Shown here piece by piece: positions 17,263-31,455 of a stretch of DNA of 64,000 nt. The stretch spans positions 1,106,925 to 1,170,924 of the forward strand of contig BCIN01000004.1 of the NCBI GenBank assembly GCA_039545335.1, in the 5' to 3' direction. Position 1 is the first letter of the stretch; each line of letters opens with the position of its first letter. The position numbers and the translations under genes were made by a program. The DNA is from Kondoa subrosea. Taxonomy: Eukaryota. The notes under the pieces are model-generated. The model worked only from the letters and a program-made list of their open reading frames with translations. It was not told the DNA's origin and did not search any database.

Positions 17263-18541
17263 ATGGCTCCATCTAGCACTCGCGCTTCTACTACTGACAA
17301 AGCAGCTTCCCGCAAGTCTGCTTCACCTTCAAAGGAAACGCCTAAACCCGCGTCTTCAGCTAAGAAGGACTCCACTGCTGCAGCTGACAAGGCTGAGAAG
17401 GCTGACAAGACCAAGAAAGACACAAAGAAGAAGTCTGCTGCTCCCAAGAAGAGCTCTACTCATCCTGGATTCGCTCAAATGGTTATTGTAAGCACCTTCC
17501 ATTGTTTTGATTCCTTCCAAGTATCCTGTGCTGATCACGACTTGTGTGCCATATAGGAAGCTATCACTGAATCTCAGGATAAAGCTGGTCTCTCTCGTCC
17601 TGCTATCAAGAAGTAAGTTCGACTTGTTTTGATCACGCGTTCCCCGCACGCTTTTTTGGGCACTTTTGTTTTGTGCTGCGGTCTCTTTCTCTCGCAATCA
17701 TGTAGAAGTATCGGTGCTTATCGCGTTACCTCTTCTCTTCAATAGATACAGTAAGTTTCCTCCTTTTGTTCTGCCTTTTCGAGTCGAATCATGTCTGAAT
17801 ACGTACGTTTTCAGTCTTTGAGAAGTTTGGTATCGAAGAATCTAACAGCAACATCAACCACATCAACACCGCTATCCAGAAAGGTGTCGACAACGGTAGC
17901 TTGAGTTTACCAAAGGTGAGTTTTTCCTTCTCTTTTGTGTTTTCACTGATGTTGATTTGTCCTGCAGGGTGCTTCTGGTAAAGTCAAAGTGACTGCTGCT
18001 GGTAAATCCAATTCCGATAAAGAGGTAAGTCCATCATCGCGTTCCCACCGCATTCCGTGATTGACATCGTTGTAAATTAATTACAGAACATGCCAAAGAA
18101 GACTACTGCTCGAGCTGCTGCTTTGGAGAAAGCTGCAGAAAAGAAGAGCGCTGAAGCTGAGAAAGCTGAAGCCAAGAAACAGAAGGAGAAGGAAAAAGCT
18201 GTGAGTTTTCTTCTTCTTTGCAGTCTTTTTGGAAAATCATTGATCTGTTTGCGGTGCAGGCCGCTGAAAAGGAAAAGAAAGAACAACAGAAGAAAGCTGC
18301 TGCTGCTAAATCTAAGAAAGCTCCTGCTGCTGGCAAGACTAAATCTAGCGTTACTAAAGCTGCAACTGGAAAGAAAGGTGCAAAGAAGTCCGCTGCTGTT
18401 GAGAAGAAGGTGTGTTTTGTGCTTCGTCTATGTGTCTTGCTTGTCTGATACTTTGTCTGCTAGCCGACTCGTGCTGCTCCCAAAGATCGATCCAACCTAC
18501 CAACAACTTCAACCAAGACCAAAGGAAAGAAGTCAACCTAA
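17263..18541 (+). CDS. HHO1: Linker histone H1
   Basis: K/A-rich tails. Spliced globular domain HPGFAQMVIEAITESQDKAGLSRPAIKKYIFEKFG...INTAIQKGVDNGSLSLPKGASGKVKV. Confidence 0.92.
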
Positions 18542-18993
18542 ATCTAACCCTTCTCAGCACCCTTTCGTCCTTTCTCCTCACACGCCTATGTTGTTGTTGT
18601 ACTGTTCCTTGTTTCAGAGAAGAGAAGAGTATAAACCATTTTCAGAGGGTTGTATAAGAAGGGGATTTTTACTTCCGCTATGTACTTTGACTGATCTTTT
18701 TTGTATGTACTTTATTCGCGTGTCTGTCTTAATTACCATGGTTGTTTGTCTTCTTATTCTGAGACTTGAGTTGACTTCCGGCCGAGAGGATCAGACTCGC
18801 TTGGTTGACCAGCACCGACCATATATCCAGCGAGGAATGTTACCAGATATATGCGATACCAAATCAGTAGCCGGAGGATTGTAATATTGCTTGAAGACGC
18901 TTGATTCTGACAGAAGGGCGAGGAATCGATCAATTGTCGAAGGGGTTTCAAATTGGCGGAGATCAATAGCCCAGCAAGGACTGACGGAAAGCT

Positions 18994-21286
18994 ATGAGAG
19001 TCGCTTTTTACCTTTCTGGTCCATCAGGAAGCAAATCCAGCAGCTCCTCGGCGGAACAAGTGGTCACCTATCGACACTTGCTCTCGCCTGGCAGTTTCAA
19101 TGCCTCCAATCCGCTCAGAGTAATAGCCTTGTGCGACATCGATTCGGCTTATGCTCAAATGGAGATGAAGCGCTTAGGCATTACAGATCCAAGCGTACCT
19201 TTCGCAGTGCAGCAATGGGGTGCCCTAATGTAAGTAACGAAACTTGGATGCGGGTTTTTGGTCACTGATGACTGCTATAAAGAGCTATCAACTATGCAGC
19301 TAAGAGCTATGGTCTTACTCGGATGGCTACTATGGAAGAAGCAAGAAAGAAATGTCCCGATATCATCATTCAACACGTAGCAACTATAAAAGAAGGAGAT
19401 TCCGAACCAGGTTATCACGAGAACGCGACTTATATGACTCACAAGATCTCACTTGAACTCTTTCGAAGAGAATCTCGCAAGATTCTTGAAGTCTTTTGCG
19501 AACTCGCTTCCCATGTCGAAAAAGCTTCAATCGATGAAGCTTTCTTCGATTTCACTGCTGAAGTTAGACAAATTATGCTTCAACGATTCCCTTATCTTAA
19601 CAAAGTACCAGAATCAGGCTTGAGCACTCCTTTACCTCCAGCACCACAACATGCTTTCTTTGAAGGGTTGGGCTATCTCTTACCAATCAACCCTCTTCCT
19701 CAAGATGTACCATCAGATACAAAAGGGAAAGCTAAGATGGAAGAAGTTGAACCGGATGCTGTAACTTGGCAAGATATCGCTTTATCTATTGGAGCTGAAT
19801 TGATTCAAAAATGTCGAGAAGCTGTAAAGGAGAGGCTTGGTTATACTTGTAGTGCAGGAATAGCTAAGAACAAGGTAAGAATTCGATCCTTTCAATGTGT
19901 TTAGATATGCTTACTGATTGAGCGCAATTAGACATTGGCAAAACTCGCAGCTGGTGTTCACAAACGTGAGCTGATCTTGGTTTGGCCATTTATGGACTAG
20001 CTGACGTGTAGTCTGTAGCTAATGCTCAGGTACGCAAATGTGCATTATTCATGCCATAGGTCGTGATGCTCACAATATGCTAGACTATACTCCGTGAAGC
20101 AGCTATACCAAGTTTTCTTGCCCCTCTACCATTTCAGAAGAGTAAGAGGATGGCTTGATTCAATTTGAATCCCGAGCTGAATATTGTAATTGGTTACAGT
20201 CCGGTTTCTTGGAGGCAAACTAGGCAAAGCTATAGCGAAAGAGTTCGAGACTGCTACTGTTGGAGATCTGTGGACAAAGAGTCTGTTTTCGCTACAAGAG
20301 AGTCTGGGAGAGAGTCAGGGAATGTGGGTGTTCGAAGTAACACGAGGCATCGATTATGCTCCAGGTTCGTCAAAGATCGATCGATTAAGAAAGTTACTGA
20401 GTCTACGAAGCAGTCGAACAAGGCAAGATTCAAGTTAAATCAATGATCTCATCCAAGTTCTTCTTTCCTGCTTTGATGAGATTTGAAGAAGCTGTAAGTC
20501 GCATCCCGTCTCTTTCGGTTGTCCGTACTTACTTACGGTCAACGCAAGGAATATTGGCTGAAAATGCAATCCACTGAACTTCTGGTCCGACTAGAAGAAG
20601 CTCGAGACAGGTCGCCTGAAACCTGGCCGAAAACTTTAGCAATGGGATATCGAGCAACATTCACTTCCTATACTCATCAGACCCGTCAATCTCCTTTCCC
20701 CTATACTTCCAATCTCACAGCAGATTACATCCTCAAACTAGCTGTTCGTTTGCTCAGAGAGTTTGTTGGCTCGCGAAAAGGTGCTGGAGAAAATCCTGAT
20801 CTTGGTTTCTGTACCGGGATGAATCTACGCTTTCAAGATCTCGAAAGGATCTCTGCCGATCAACGAGGGATTCAAGTTTTCTTCGGCGGTTCGGCTTCTT
20901 CTCCAAAGAAGAGGAAACGAGAATGCTCTCTAGATCTAGTCAAGCAAGAAGACTCTATTGCAAAACTTGAAGATACACAAGAGAAGAAACCCTCGACTTC
21001 GGATTTACACGAAATCGATTTTGTCTGCTCAAAGTGTTTGCAATCAATCTCAGCATTCGTTCCTCTTGATCCTAGAAATCGAGAATCGGGAGAGGAACAA
21101 GCCGTCGCACGTCTTAAGCAAGAGCACAACGATCTGCATTATGCTCAAGATATCGTCTCTTCTCAGCGTACAATCGTAATCAATAAATCTCTGAAGAAAG
21201 CTGGCAAGAGGAAGAAGAAGAAGGAGGACACGCGTACCTTGTCAGGCTTCTTGGCAGGAACAAGCATTAAGGCAGAAAAGGACTAG
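18994..21286 (+). CDS. RAD30: DNA polymerase eta (Y family)
   Basis: VIALCDIDSAYAQME, AVQQWGALIAINY, EKASIDEAFFD, CSAGIAKNK, RFLGGKLG; C-terminal UBZ (CSKC...HNDLH) and PIP-like TLSGFL. Confidence 0.95.
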
Positions 21287-21301
21287 TCGCCGTCAGGAGA
21301 G

Positions 21302-23025
21302 ATGGTCATTAATCATTATCTGAACTTCGAGAGCGATCTACATGGTCAGCAAGTCGTCAGCGTCTCATTTCGCACAGTATTTACTCACATCAACAGCAAT
21401 ACTATCGATCGTTCTCAGGGATACAATGCCGCTGCACCTTGGATGCTCAAGTGGCTTGATCTAGGGGCACAATGCGATCCTCCTGTCTAGTATGTCATCT
21501 TATGGCTCAAAAGTCCATGCTAGATATATTCCTCGTATAGCTTGATGTGCATCCCTCCACAGGATCAGCAGCGAGCAAATACAGCTTCATTCACGTCTTC
21601 TTGGTCACAATACTCTTGAATACGTTGCTAAAAGCCAGGCTGGTTGTATGCTGTTCGCAACTTACTTCGGTCTGTATGTCAGTTGCGTGAGCTTCATTCT
21701 CTCAAATCCCAAGCTCTCCGCTGATTCTTATCAACAGAGGCGCTGCCAAAACTTCTAGGCTGCCAATTTACCAGGAAGAGCCTGCCAGCTAGCCTTGTCA
21801 AAAAGTGAGTTGATGCTGCTCCTGTGCGGAATTTTACGAGCATGTAGTAAAGTCGCATTTATCGCATTACACGTGTACTAGCAGTGTGCTTTCATAGTTT
21901 CATTGCTCTGCCAAATAGCCCTTTGTCGCTTGTAACTTTGATCACTGACCTGCGTCACCACGCCAACAAAATCTCGGGTTCCGACCTGTCTGAGACCACG
22001 ACCAAGGAGACTTGCACTGAGCGCTTACTTGGCTGCAACCGACAGAACATGCTCTCCACTGCAGCGGTCATACTGGCGTCTGTCTCTGTTCCCCAAGCTT
22101 GCATGATGCAAGACAAACCGATTTTCGTTAGCTAAACTCGATCCTGATGACGGGCTTGGCTAGTTCCTGCTCTACATTCCTTGTCAACCCCTCGGACCTG
22201 AAATGCGAATACTGCTGTCCTGGCGGACATGCTTATCTCGCTTACCTGCAAAAACATGCAGATCTTTGTGTCTCTAAGTAGCCGCCCACGGCAAAGTTGG
22301 CCCTTATCCCATTCTGGTGCCTGCTTCTCCTCCGCCGATCATGGTATTCTTGTCAGCGCTAGGTCAATGCGTGGGCCTGCTGAGAGTGAACCTGTCTCTT
22401 GTTTCTACCCACTCGAATACCCTTTCCTCTCTTCTCAGACCATCAGCTCGCACCACTATCCTTTGTACCTTACCTTCCCTTTACAATATAACAAAAGCAG
22501 AGAATGATAGCAAGACTTCCAGAACTAGCAATGCAAAGAGAAGCTTATCTGAGATGGGACGGGATCAACTACTCTTCACCTTTATGGACCGGTCAGTCTG
22601 CTGTATTTCTCATCTTCTGCACTGGCTGATAGCAATATACAGTAAATTATAGTCAATTTTCCATCGCTCTAACCTGCTCTATTCTCTTCCTCCTCTTGCT
22701 TACCATTGGCAACATATCATTCGCTTCGCAAAGACGGAACCAACACAAGCAGGTCAAGCAGGTACTGAGTCGAAGTCAGGAAGAGGAAGTTGGGTTTTCA
22801 GCGGAGTATGAACAAGCGAGGTTTATGAGTGAGAAGGAAAGCCTGCGGTTAAGCGGAGAACAAATTCACTACCACTATCAAAGTCAACACCTACCTTCAG
22901 CTACGGATCTTCTTTGTGCTTCAGTTCTCAATGGTGGTCAAGTGCTATCTCTACCTCGAAGACCGTCAGGAAGCTATCGAACAAGACCGTCTCCGCTCAG
23001 ACATTCGGTCTCCTACCCTTGCTGA
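21302..23025 (+). CDS. Possible hypothetical membrane protein (exon structure unresolved)
   Basis: Series of GT-AG introns. Last exon has a hydrophobic helix FSIALTCSILFLLLLTIGNI followed by a hydrophilic tail ending at 23025. Start uncertain. Confidence 0.35.
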
Positions 23026-23645
23026 AAAACGTCACCGTTGTGGGAATGTATAACTTATTGTGCATTATGTACTATGTTTTGCCATCTTTGCGTGTGCCTC
23101 AGACTTGTTCCTTTTGCTCTGTGTTTCATGTCTTTCCCCGCTTTCTCCTCGAGCCGTTCTGTTCACTTTTAAGTCGTGCTTTATTGCAAACTTCTTGCAT
23201 CGACCTCTTCCATTGTGCCATCAGTCAAGGCTTCTGGTAATTCTTCAGCTTCCTTCAGGTTTTTCGAACGGAGGTCACCTCTGGAAGTTTACATATCTAT
23301 TCCTCAATATGACGTGATACTCGGAGTTGCAACCATTGATCTTGCGATTGTAGTGCGAATGAGAATCTCGAAGAAATGCTGGTTCGACGAGTAGGTCAAT
23401 CGGAACAGATGCGATGGTGCGTTCAAATAGTAGCAGGCCTATGCGGTCAGTACAGCAAGAAGACATATGCGACATGAAGTAGTGCATGCGAAGGGAACAA
23501 AACTCTTGAGCAGGACAGCAGGAGAATAGAGATAATAGCAGACAAGGAGAAGATACAGATGAAATCACAGCTAAGTAGACAGGCGAGCGTTTGCTGCAAT
23601 TATTTCATATCCTGAGTGTGAGCCGACTGTCTTCCTCATGCCGCC

Positions 23646-24642
23646 ATGTCGGCTTCACCATCGCTCTCTCCTCCGATCAGAGCAAATGGTTTCGGTCAAC
23701 AGGCTGCAGCCCAGCAGCAGCAAATTGATCAGCAAGATCAAGCGGCTGTCGAGATAGTCGAGAATAGCGATTCTCTCTTTCCAGCACCTCCGTCAATTTG
23801 GAAACGTTTCACAGCTCGTAATCTGGCTTTGGCTACTACTTTAAAAGAGAAGGGATCATTGTCAATGGAAGACTTGGGCGAGAATGAGCCAGAGATTGAT
23901 TTCGACTTGAGGACTTTGGTTGATCCGCCGAATGTGGACTGGCTAGTCGAAGAAGGGAGATGGTCTTGCTTTGGCCAAGAGTTCTATGCAAGCTCTTCTT
24001 TGTATTGTACCGTATAGGTCTGATCCTGTCTGTGAAGTAGCTTGAAGAGCAACTCACGCCTTTAGAAGCGATGGGAGCATACCAGCTCTATGATTCGGCA
24101 ACAGGTCAGCTGGTTTAATTATATACAAGGCTTCTGCTGATTCTTTTTTGGTAGACCGCAAGCAATCACTTACCACCCTTCTTCATACTATGCTCAGAAC
24201 TCATCTGGATTTGGTCAATACTTTACTCTTGCCTCCTCCAACATTACCTGCGATGGAATTACCTCAATCCGATGTCAGTCAATTGATCGATCACATCAAA
24301 GTAGCTGGTATGAACATGCATTACTTGGTGAACGAATTAAGGCCCATTCAAGCGAGGGAAACGTTGAAATTGATGATGAGGGCAATGATTGATGATCGGA
24401 AATCGAAAACAGAAGCACTCAAGCAGTATGTACTTTGTTTCTGTGATTGAATTTTGCTAAATGTTTATCGAAGGAAATGTGAAAGTGCAAGAATGACTAT
24501 TGATTCGCTTCGAAACAAGTTTATAACGCCCAATCTTGCGGCCGATCAACTTCAGGTAGCCGTGTCTTCTGCTCCCGCTAGTCAAAGTCAGCGCGATCAA
24601 GCGGATTGGTCTGCCATACTAAAAGCTGTTGACGCACTGTGA
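23646..24642 (+). CDS. MED7: Mediator subunit 7
   Basis: SLFPAPPSIWKRFT, W(S)CFGQ, NMHYLVNELRPIQARETLKLMM are Med7 hallmarks. Confidence 0.92.
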
Positions 24643-25672
24643 AAATTGTCGTATGGCTCAAGTGTATGCGTCTTACCTCTCAACAACGCTCTGTATTAGC
24701 AAAGTGAGGCACAGTACTTCGTCCGACCTGGATTTTAGCTTATCACTGCTTGCGCCCTGTAGATCAGATCCCGACAGGAACAGAGGTCGAGTTCTTACCA
24801 TCTCGGAGCGGAAGTACCTGAATGGGCACAAATCTGGAGTATTTGCTTCTACTGTAATGCATTGTATATAATCTGCTTCCAGCATAGTAAGTTTCCACGC
24901 AATAGTATGAAGACGGGCAAGCAGGGAATTTACTCTCCGCTCTTTTAGGCGTTTTCACTACTTTCGACATTTCTTCGTTTCTTCACAAACGATCTGCTAT
25001 TACTGAACAACAAGCTATATCGTCGCCTCTCGACAGCAAGGGAGCAGTCCAAGTCCTGCCTTCGAAAAAGCGGAGACTCGTCGGCTTACTTAAGAAATTT
25101 GGGCGCTTTCTTTCTTTAATTCATCACAAGCTTGTGGTCAATTGTCAACACCCTGCCCACTCCAAGTACATCAGCAGCAAGTGATCACTATTCTTGGAAG
25201 TCCCGCAACGTCCGATCACGCCTTTCATCTGGTGACCGAATAATTACAGTTGCATAAAGCCCAGGACAAAAGACCTGCAATCACAATCCACCAAGCACCT
25301 GATAGATTCTCAATCAAAGACATAGTGCATGAGAATCTAGACCAGTGGTGCCAGTCCAGTTCGATATATTTGAACGCCTCGCCGCTTTCACTTTCCACTT
25401 TGGGCTTCTCTTTTTCCTTCAACGCTTGCGTCCTTGCTTCTTCTCTTCTCTCTCTCTGCGACACACGTACAATTCTGTGATTGTTTTGCAAACCTCCGAT
25501 CAAAAGTACCTGGCCTCCGCGCAAAAGAAGACGTGTAGATCACCCGCCCCTAATTCGCATCGTACCTCACTTCGAAAGCTTCAAAGCCCAACAAGCAAGA
25601 GGCGCAGCGTATTAATCCTCGATAAGGCTATTATCTTGCTGTAGGGTAGAGAAAGGAAAGATCTCTTTCCAG

Positions 25673-25730
25673 GTAAGTTTGTCCGAACTTTCAAGTCGAA
25701 AGGTGGGCTAATTATGAAGCTGTTTTACAG
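25673..25730 (+). other. Probable 5'-UTR intron of the zinc-finger gene
   Basis: CAG|GTAAGT donor, GCTAA branch-like site, TTTTACAG acceptor, upstream of ATG 25862. Confidence 0.55.
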
Positions 25731-25861
25731 AGAGAGCTACAAGTCGGGAAACGGATCTACTCATTGTTCCCAAATCCGGCCTCATTTTTAAGAATTTGTC
25801 ACTCCGACGAATTGCCATTTCCGGCGTCATCCAATTAATTTTACAAGTCTAAAGAGACAGG

Positions 25862-28001
25862 ATGGCCGCCATTTCACCTGTTCCTCTCCTTCAACCTAAC
25901 CCTGTCCCTGCTTCCGATAATTCTATTCAACAGGAACAGCAGCAACAGCAGCAAGAAGATTCTATAATCCCTTGTATTGTTGGTCCTCCTGCTGCATTGA
26001 ACTCTGATCTCGAACCTACTATCGTTCCTGCTTCTACTTCTATTCATTATCACCATCGATCAATCACTGCGCCTGAAGTAATCACTACACCTAGAACACC
26101 AAAAGGAGGGAAAGTGGTTAGATTGAGATCAAGAACTGTTCATACTACTTTCGAAGAAGAAGAAGAGGATCAAGAAGACGCTTCTGGTGATCAAGACGAA
26201 GATTTTATTGACGACGAAGAATTTCTTGGAGGTGGTGGTGGAAGAAGTTCAAGAAGTTCACCTGCAACTACTACTGAAAGAAGAAGTAGAAGATCTTCTT
26301 CAACACCTAAATCAACTTCAGCTCCTGTTTCTGTTGCAAAGAAGATGTTTGTTTGTTCTGGCTATGGAGATTGTGAAATGAGTTTCTCGAGGGCTGAGCA
26401 TTTGGCTAGGCATGTTAGGTAAGTCTTGCCATTTTTTAATATTGGCTTTAACGACTGAACTAATTTTATTCAATGATAGGAAACATACTGGTGAACGACC
26501 TTTCCAATGTCACTGCGGAAGAGAGTTTTCTCGTTTGGATAATTTGAGACAGCATGTGAGTGTTTAGGATGTAAGCTTCATTGGAAGTTGCTGATTTGTG
26601 TTCTGATAGGCTCAAACTGTCCATGCTGATTCGTTGGATCTCAATCAAGAGATGATGGTCCGCTTGGCAGCTGTTCACAACGCTCTCGCGGCTGCTTCAA
26701 GTGCTAGAGTCAAAGCCAAAGCTCAAGCTACCACTCCAAAGCAAAAGAAGCAGAAGAAGGACAAGGCTGACAAGAAGCAGCAGACGCAGCAGAGCAGTGA
26801 AGAAGATCAGCAGAAGACTCCAGTGCCTCATCCTCTGGAACCACCTAATGCGAATTACTTCAATCAAATTGCGCCTGGATCTCCTTCTGTTCTTATGCCT
26901 TCACCTTTCCTGCCACCTCATCAATCTCCTTCGATGCAAGACTTTGTTCCTCGTCAGCAATTCCAGATGCCTGATCATCCGAATATGATGTATGAACAAA
27001 TGATGCACCCAGAAGCTATGCATCCAGATGACTACGCTTCTTATGCTCTGTACAACAAACCTACTTTACCTTCCATTTCAGCTTTGATTCCAAGAAAAGG
27101 TGGACAAGTGTCTCCGCAGCAAATGGCGCAATTCGGCTTACTTCCACCACCGGATATAGCCCCTTCTGCCAATATGTACCAAGATCATGTTCCAATACAT
27201 TCGTCTAGTGGGTATGGTTGGTCTGAGCAAGCTGGACCATCTGTTTCCCCAAAGTCAGCGAATGAAATGGGTGATGCCCAACAAATGCATATGCAGCAAC
27301 AGCAGCAGCAAGTGAATCAGTATATGGCCATTCATGCTGGACCGATGTATCATTCCAACGGCCCTCCGCATCATCACGATATGGTCGATCCTCAATTACA
27401 ATTTCTACCTCGTTCTTTCAGTACTTCATCAACTTCTTCCGGTGCCTCTTATGGTTCCGAACCATCACTCGTCATGTCTAATTCTTCTACCTACTCACAA
27501 ACGTCTTACCCTTCCACTCCATCCCCAAAGCATATGAGAATGCCTATTGGTCCATATCCTGGACCATATCTGGGTGGTAATCAGCATCAAATGCAACAAC
27601 AAATGGATGCTCCTCCTCCTCAAGGTGTAGACATGCTTTATGGAGGACATCAATCAATGTCTTACCCTAATCTATACCCTTTACCACTTCAACCTAATTC
27701 ACATGATCAATTACCTCAAGATTTATCCAACCCTTCTTCTTATCAACAACAACGACATCAGCAGAATGAGCAACCACCTGCATTTACCAGAAGACAATCG
27801 CTGAAAGATTTGTTGTGCGCTGCAAATGCGGTTCATGAACCTTCTTCACCTGCTATGATGGGTTATGAATCTCCTGCTATCGCTGCTGGAACGTTCACTA
27901 ATTCACCTGGTGGTTCTTCTTTCAAGAGAAATAGAGAAAACGCAGTGGCAGATGTGGAGACTAGGGATATCATGTTCAAGCGACAACATGTCATGACTTG
28001 A
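25862..28001 (+). CDS. C2H2 zinc-finger transcription factor, Usv1/Rgm1 (Nsf1) type
   Basis: [54 protein letters not shown] across two introns; Q/P-rich C-terminus. Confidence 0.9.
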
Positions 28002-28257
28002 ATGGAGGAGTGGAAGAAGAAGAAGAAGAAAGAGCGGGTTCTCTTGGAAGTGGTAAATAATTTGAAGACGCATTTGGGCACCAACATTTTTCTCTCGCAA
28101 AGCATATGGGCATGAACATTTTTTTCTTTATGATTGTCTTGATTTGTTATATTGTTAGCTTTATGTCGTCATTTTCAACTTATTGCAATTAATTGTTCTT
28201 TCGCGCAATGCATTGACCTGAATCTCAAGAGGATCACAGAGAGAAATGGATTTGACA

Positions 28258-29224
28258 TCAATCGTCCAGAATGATTTTCTTTGCGTCTACTAATACAGAG
28301 TCCACAGAAGCTGTATGTTTCTTTGTAGTTTCCTCTAACTGTAATATTCGTTACATCAGTCAAAAGTTCTCATGAGAATAGGTAAAGGTTACAAACCTTC
28401 TTTGACTCCCTTGTAGCCTCATCGCCTGAGATGACATTACCGGTCTCATCCTTCTTTATATCTTTTTGACCTTGATGTCTTGCTGCTCTAATAGAAGTTC
28501 GAGCGTTCTCACAAAGGGTTGCGGCTTGCTTCGCTAATTCAGTTCGAAGTGATAAATCGGGTCTGGCTCAGTAATTAGTGAGAAATGATAGAGGATTGAT
28601 GGAGGACGTACTTTGCTATCGATACTCTTATTGTTGAGTTATCTAGCCGAGAAGGACTGAGCGAGACTGTATGTTTCATTAAGGCAGTTTCGACTTGACG
28701 CATGTACTGCACGGACCCCCATCGAATAAGCTACACGAAGCAGCTTAAACGACAGAGATACGTACAGTAGGATCATACAGATTCACTTTCATCCTCGTTC
28801 CATCCATTACGCTCACACTAGCATAATCCGACAATTTCTCCATTGATCCTTCTACCTCTATCCTTACTCCATCAAGCACATCAGGGCTTATCCTCCCTAC
28901 TCTGCCTACAACAGGTTTCAACGCAACCCTCAATCTATCCACAGCTCGAGACATGTTGTCCTCCAATTGAGTCAAATTAAACTTCTCGCCAGGTAAACTG
29001 AGATCGGAAATCTCTTCCCCTCCTTGATTCAAAGCTTTGTTCTTGCCTTTGCCTTTGGTTTGAATGACTTGCGTTTGTTCACCATTTGAGGCAGGTCGTG
29101 GTGATTTCTTTGCTGCTTTCTTGGATGCGTACCGGATGGTTGAGGGGAGTGGTGCAGGTGGTATAGAAGCACAAGGTATACATAGCCTGGGTATCAGTAC
29201 AGCTGGTCGACTTAAGCGTTGCAT
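28258..29224 (-). CDS. RRF1: Mitochondrial ribosome recycling factor
   Basis: Presequence; RVGRISPDVLDGVRIE, VSVMDGTRMKVNLYDP, RVSIA.PDLSLRTELAKQA..LCENARTSIRAARHQ; spliced last exon LEETTKKHTASVDSVL...*. Confidence 0.85.
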
Positions 29225-29370
29225 GACTTGTCGAAGTTTGAAACAACAGTGTAGAGGGTCATCTCCCGAAGGCGAGGTGCTTCGAGTGTCGGTTCTCGCG
29301 GTTGCTTCTCTTGCTCATCCATCTGTCTGCTTTATTTCTGCACCTACTTCCCCAATTGGACGCGAGCGCT

Positions 29371-31060
29371 ATGACATATGAACCTGTTTCAATCATTACT
29401 GTGCTTTGCTTGCTTCCTCTTTGTCTCTCTTGAAATGTATCTCATTACGTCGTCTGATAGCCTCATGGATACTCTTCCTCTACTTGCGGCTACTGCTCTG
29501 ACGTTCCTGGAGAACGCTCTACATCAACCTGTTCCAAATCCTACGGAGCAATAGCACATGTCTTGACTGTAGAAGATTATGAATCACTCAGTTCGTGTCT
29601 CTTTCTTCATGCATCTCACATACAACTCTTGACGGGAGCATACATAATACAGTGAATAGAGGTTGGAGAAGAAGTGGAACGTATTGCTACAAACCGGATA
29701 TGAGAAATACCTGTTGTCCTCAATATACTATCCGTTTACCTGTGGATGAGTTCAAGGAATCGAAATCCCAAAGAAGCTTGATCAATAAATTCGTCAGGTT
29801 TGTTAAAGAAGGTGGTAAAGAAGGAGAAACGGGTTATGGATCAACAAGTAGTCAAGGAACGAAAGCTTCTATACCTTCTTCTTCGACGATTGGTGGTGAT
29901 AAGAAGGGAAAAAGTAAAGCTCAACCTTTCTCGCTGGACATTCTATCATCTATTGAAGACCTAAAAGGAGCTGCACATTCTTTCACTCTCACATTAGAAG
30001 ATTCCTCATTCACCGAAGAGAAATTCCTCTTGTACAAGAAATATCAAATAGCTGTACATGGTGATGCTGAGAGCAAAGTCACTCGAAATGGTTTTCGTCG
30101 GTTCTTGTGCGATTCACCTTTAGTGGTAATTCTTTTTCACTTCCAACCTCTCTGATCATCTTTAGTCTGATGTTACAATGATCGGGACAGGCTAAAGATG
30201 ATGATCAACGCTATGGGACATTTCATCAACTCTACAGAATGGATAGTCAGCTTATAGCGATTGGAGTATTGGACATCGTGCCTTCCTGCGTCTCTTCAGT
30301 CTATCTTATTTGGGACCCAGATTGGTCTGGATTGTCATTAGGTAAAATTTCCGCATTGAGGGAGATTCTGTTAGTCAAGGAATTAAGAGCAAAGGGTTAC
30401 GAAGAGATGAGATTCTACTTTATGGGCTATTACGTGCGTCTTTCTCATTTCATGCCTGAGACAGAAACTAATCGTAAGAGGGCTTTCAGATCCATTCTTG
30501 CTCGAAAATGAAGTATAAAGCAGAGTATTCGCTTTCATATCTATTGGATCCAGTACGTATTCTCTCAGAACCAAACTACTTGGGCTCTGACCTGATCATC
30601 TGATAGTATACGAATGTTTTCTACCCTTTTACGAAATGTAAACCTTTACTCGATAAGGATCCAAAACCTTCTTTCGCATCTTCCTCCTCGGATGAAAGTA
30701 CATCAATTGAGATGGAAGCACCAACGAAAGATGAAGCGGAAGAATGGCAAGATGATGAAGGTGATTCGGATGAAGAAGAAGAAGTAGAAAGCGATTTGCC
30801 TTCACCTTCACCACCTGGGTTCTTAGATCCTTCTAATCTACCTACTAAACTACTGGAGCATGCCAGCATCAAAGAAGGCAGGTATAGAGTTCCGCTTCAG
30901 GTGAGTCAGATCAGCGACAAAGTGTTCATTAATTGACAACATGGTGATCGCTAAGAATTCACGCATGTGGAAAATTCCTCAAGCCAGAATAGCTTTGAGC
31001 GAACTTTTGGCTGCGTTGGGTGAGACGGTCGGGAGTAAAGCAGTGCTGTATTTGGGTTGA
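29371..31060 (+). CDS. ATE1: Arginyl-tRNA--protein transferase
   Basis: STCGYC, NRGWRRSGTYCYKPDMRNTCCPQYTIRL, LYKKYQIAVH, GFRRFLCDSPL, GVLDIVPSCVSSVY, YFMGYYIHSC.KMKYK. Confidence 0.95.
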
Positions 31061-31375
31061 GCGGATGTGTGGCGAAAGATCTTTCTGTATGCTGCTTGAC
31101 AATAAGAATCACTGCGAGGTGTTTCGCTCTTTGATCTGAGCTCTGCTGCTACAAAGGCAGCCACAAATCACTCAGCACGAATTTTCATCACCTTCGTGTT
31201 TTCGACCCAAACCTCTTTGTACTTCTTATATTAGAGCATGCCTTTGGTCCATTCTGGTGCGATGTCAGTGTCATTTACATCTGACGCAGATCGTGGCTTT
31301 GCCAGTGACTTCCCGCTTGACTCTTGCCTTTTTTGGCTTCTTTCCCTCGATTTTTGGATTTTGGGATACGTCTCT

Positions 31376-31380
<5 letters not shown>

Positions 31381-31452
<72 letters not shown>
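31381..31452. repeat. (TC)36 microsatellite
   Basis: Perfect TC dinucleotide run read directly. Confidence 0.98.

Positions 31453-31455
<3 letters not shown>

Noticed and set aside
28389..28391. Apparent RRF1 stop codon
   Set aside because: It lies inside a GT-AG intron; a further exon ends at 28258.
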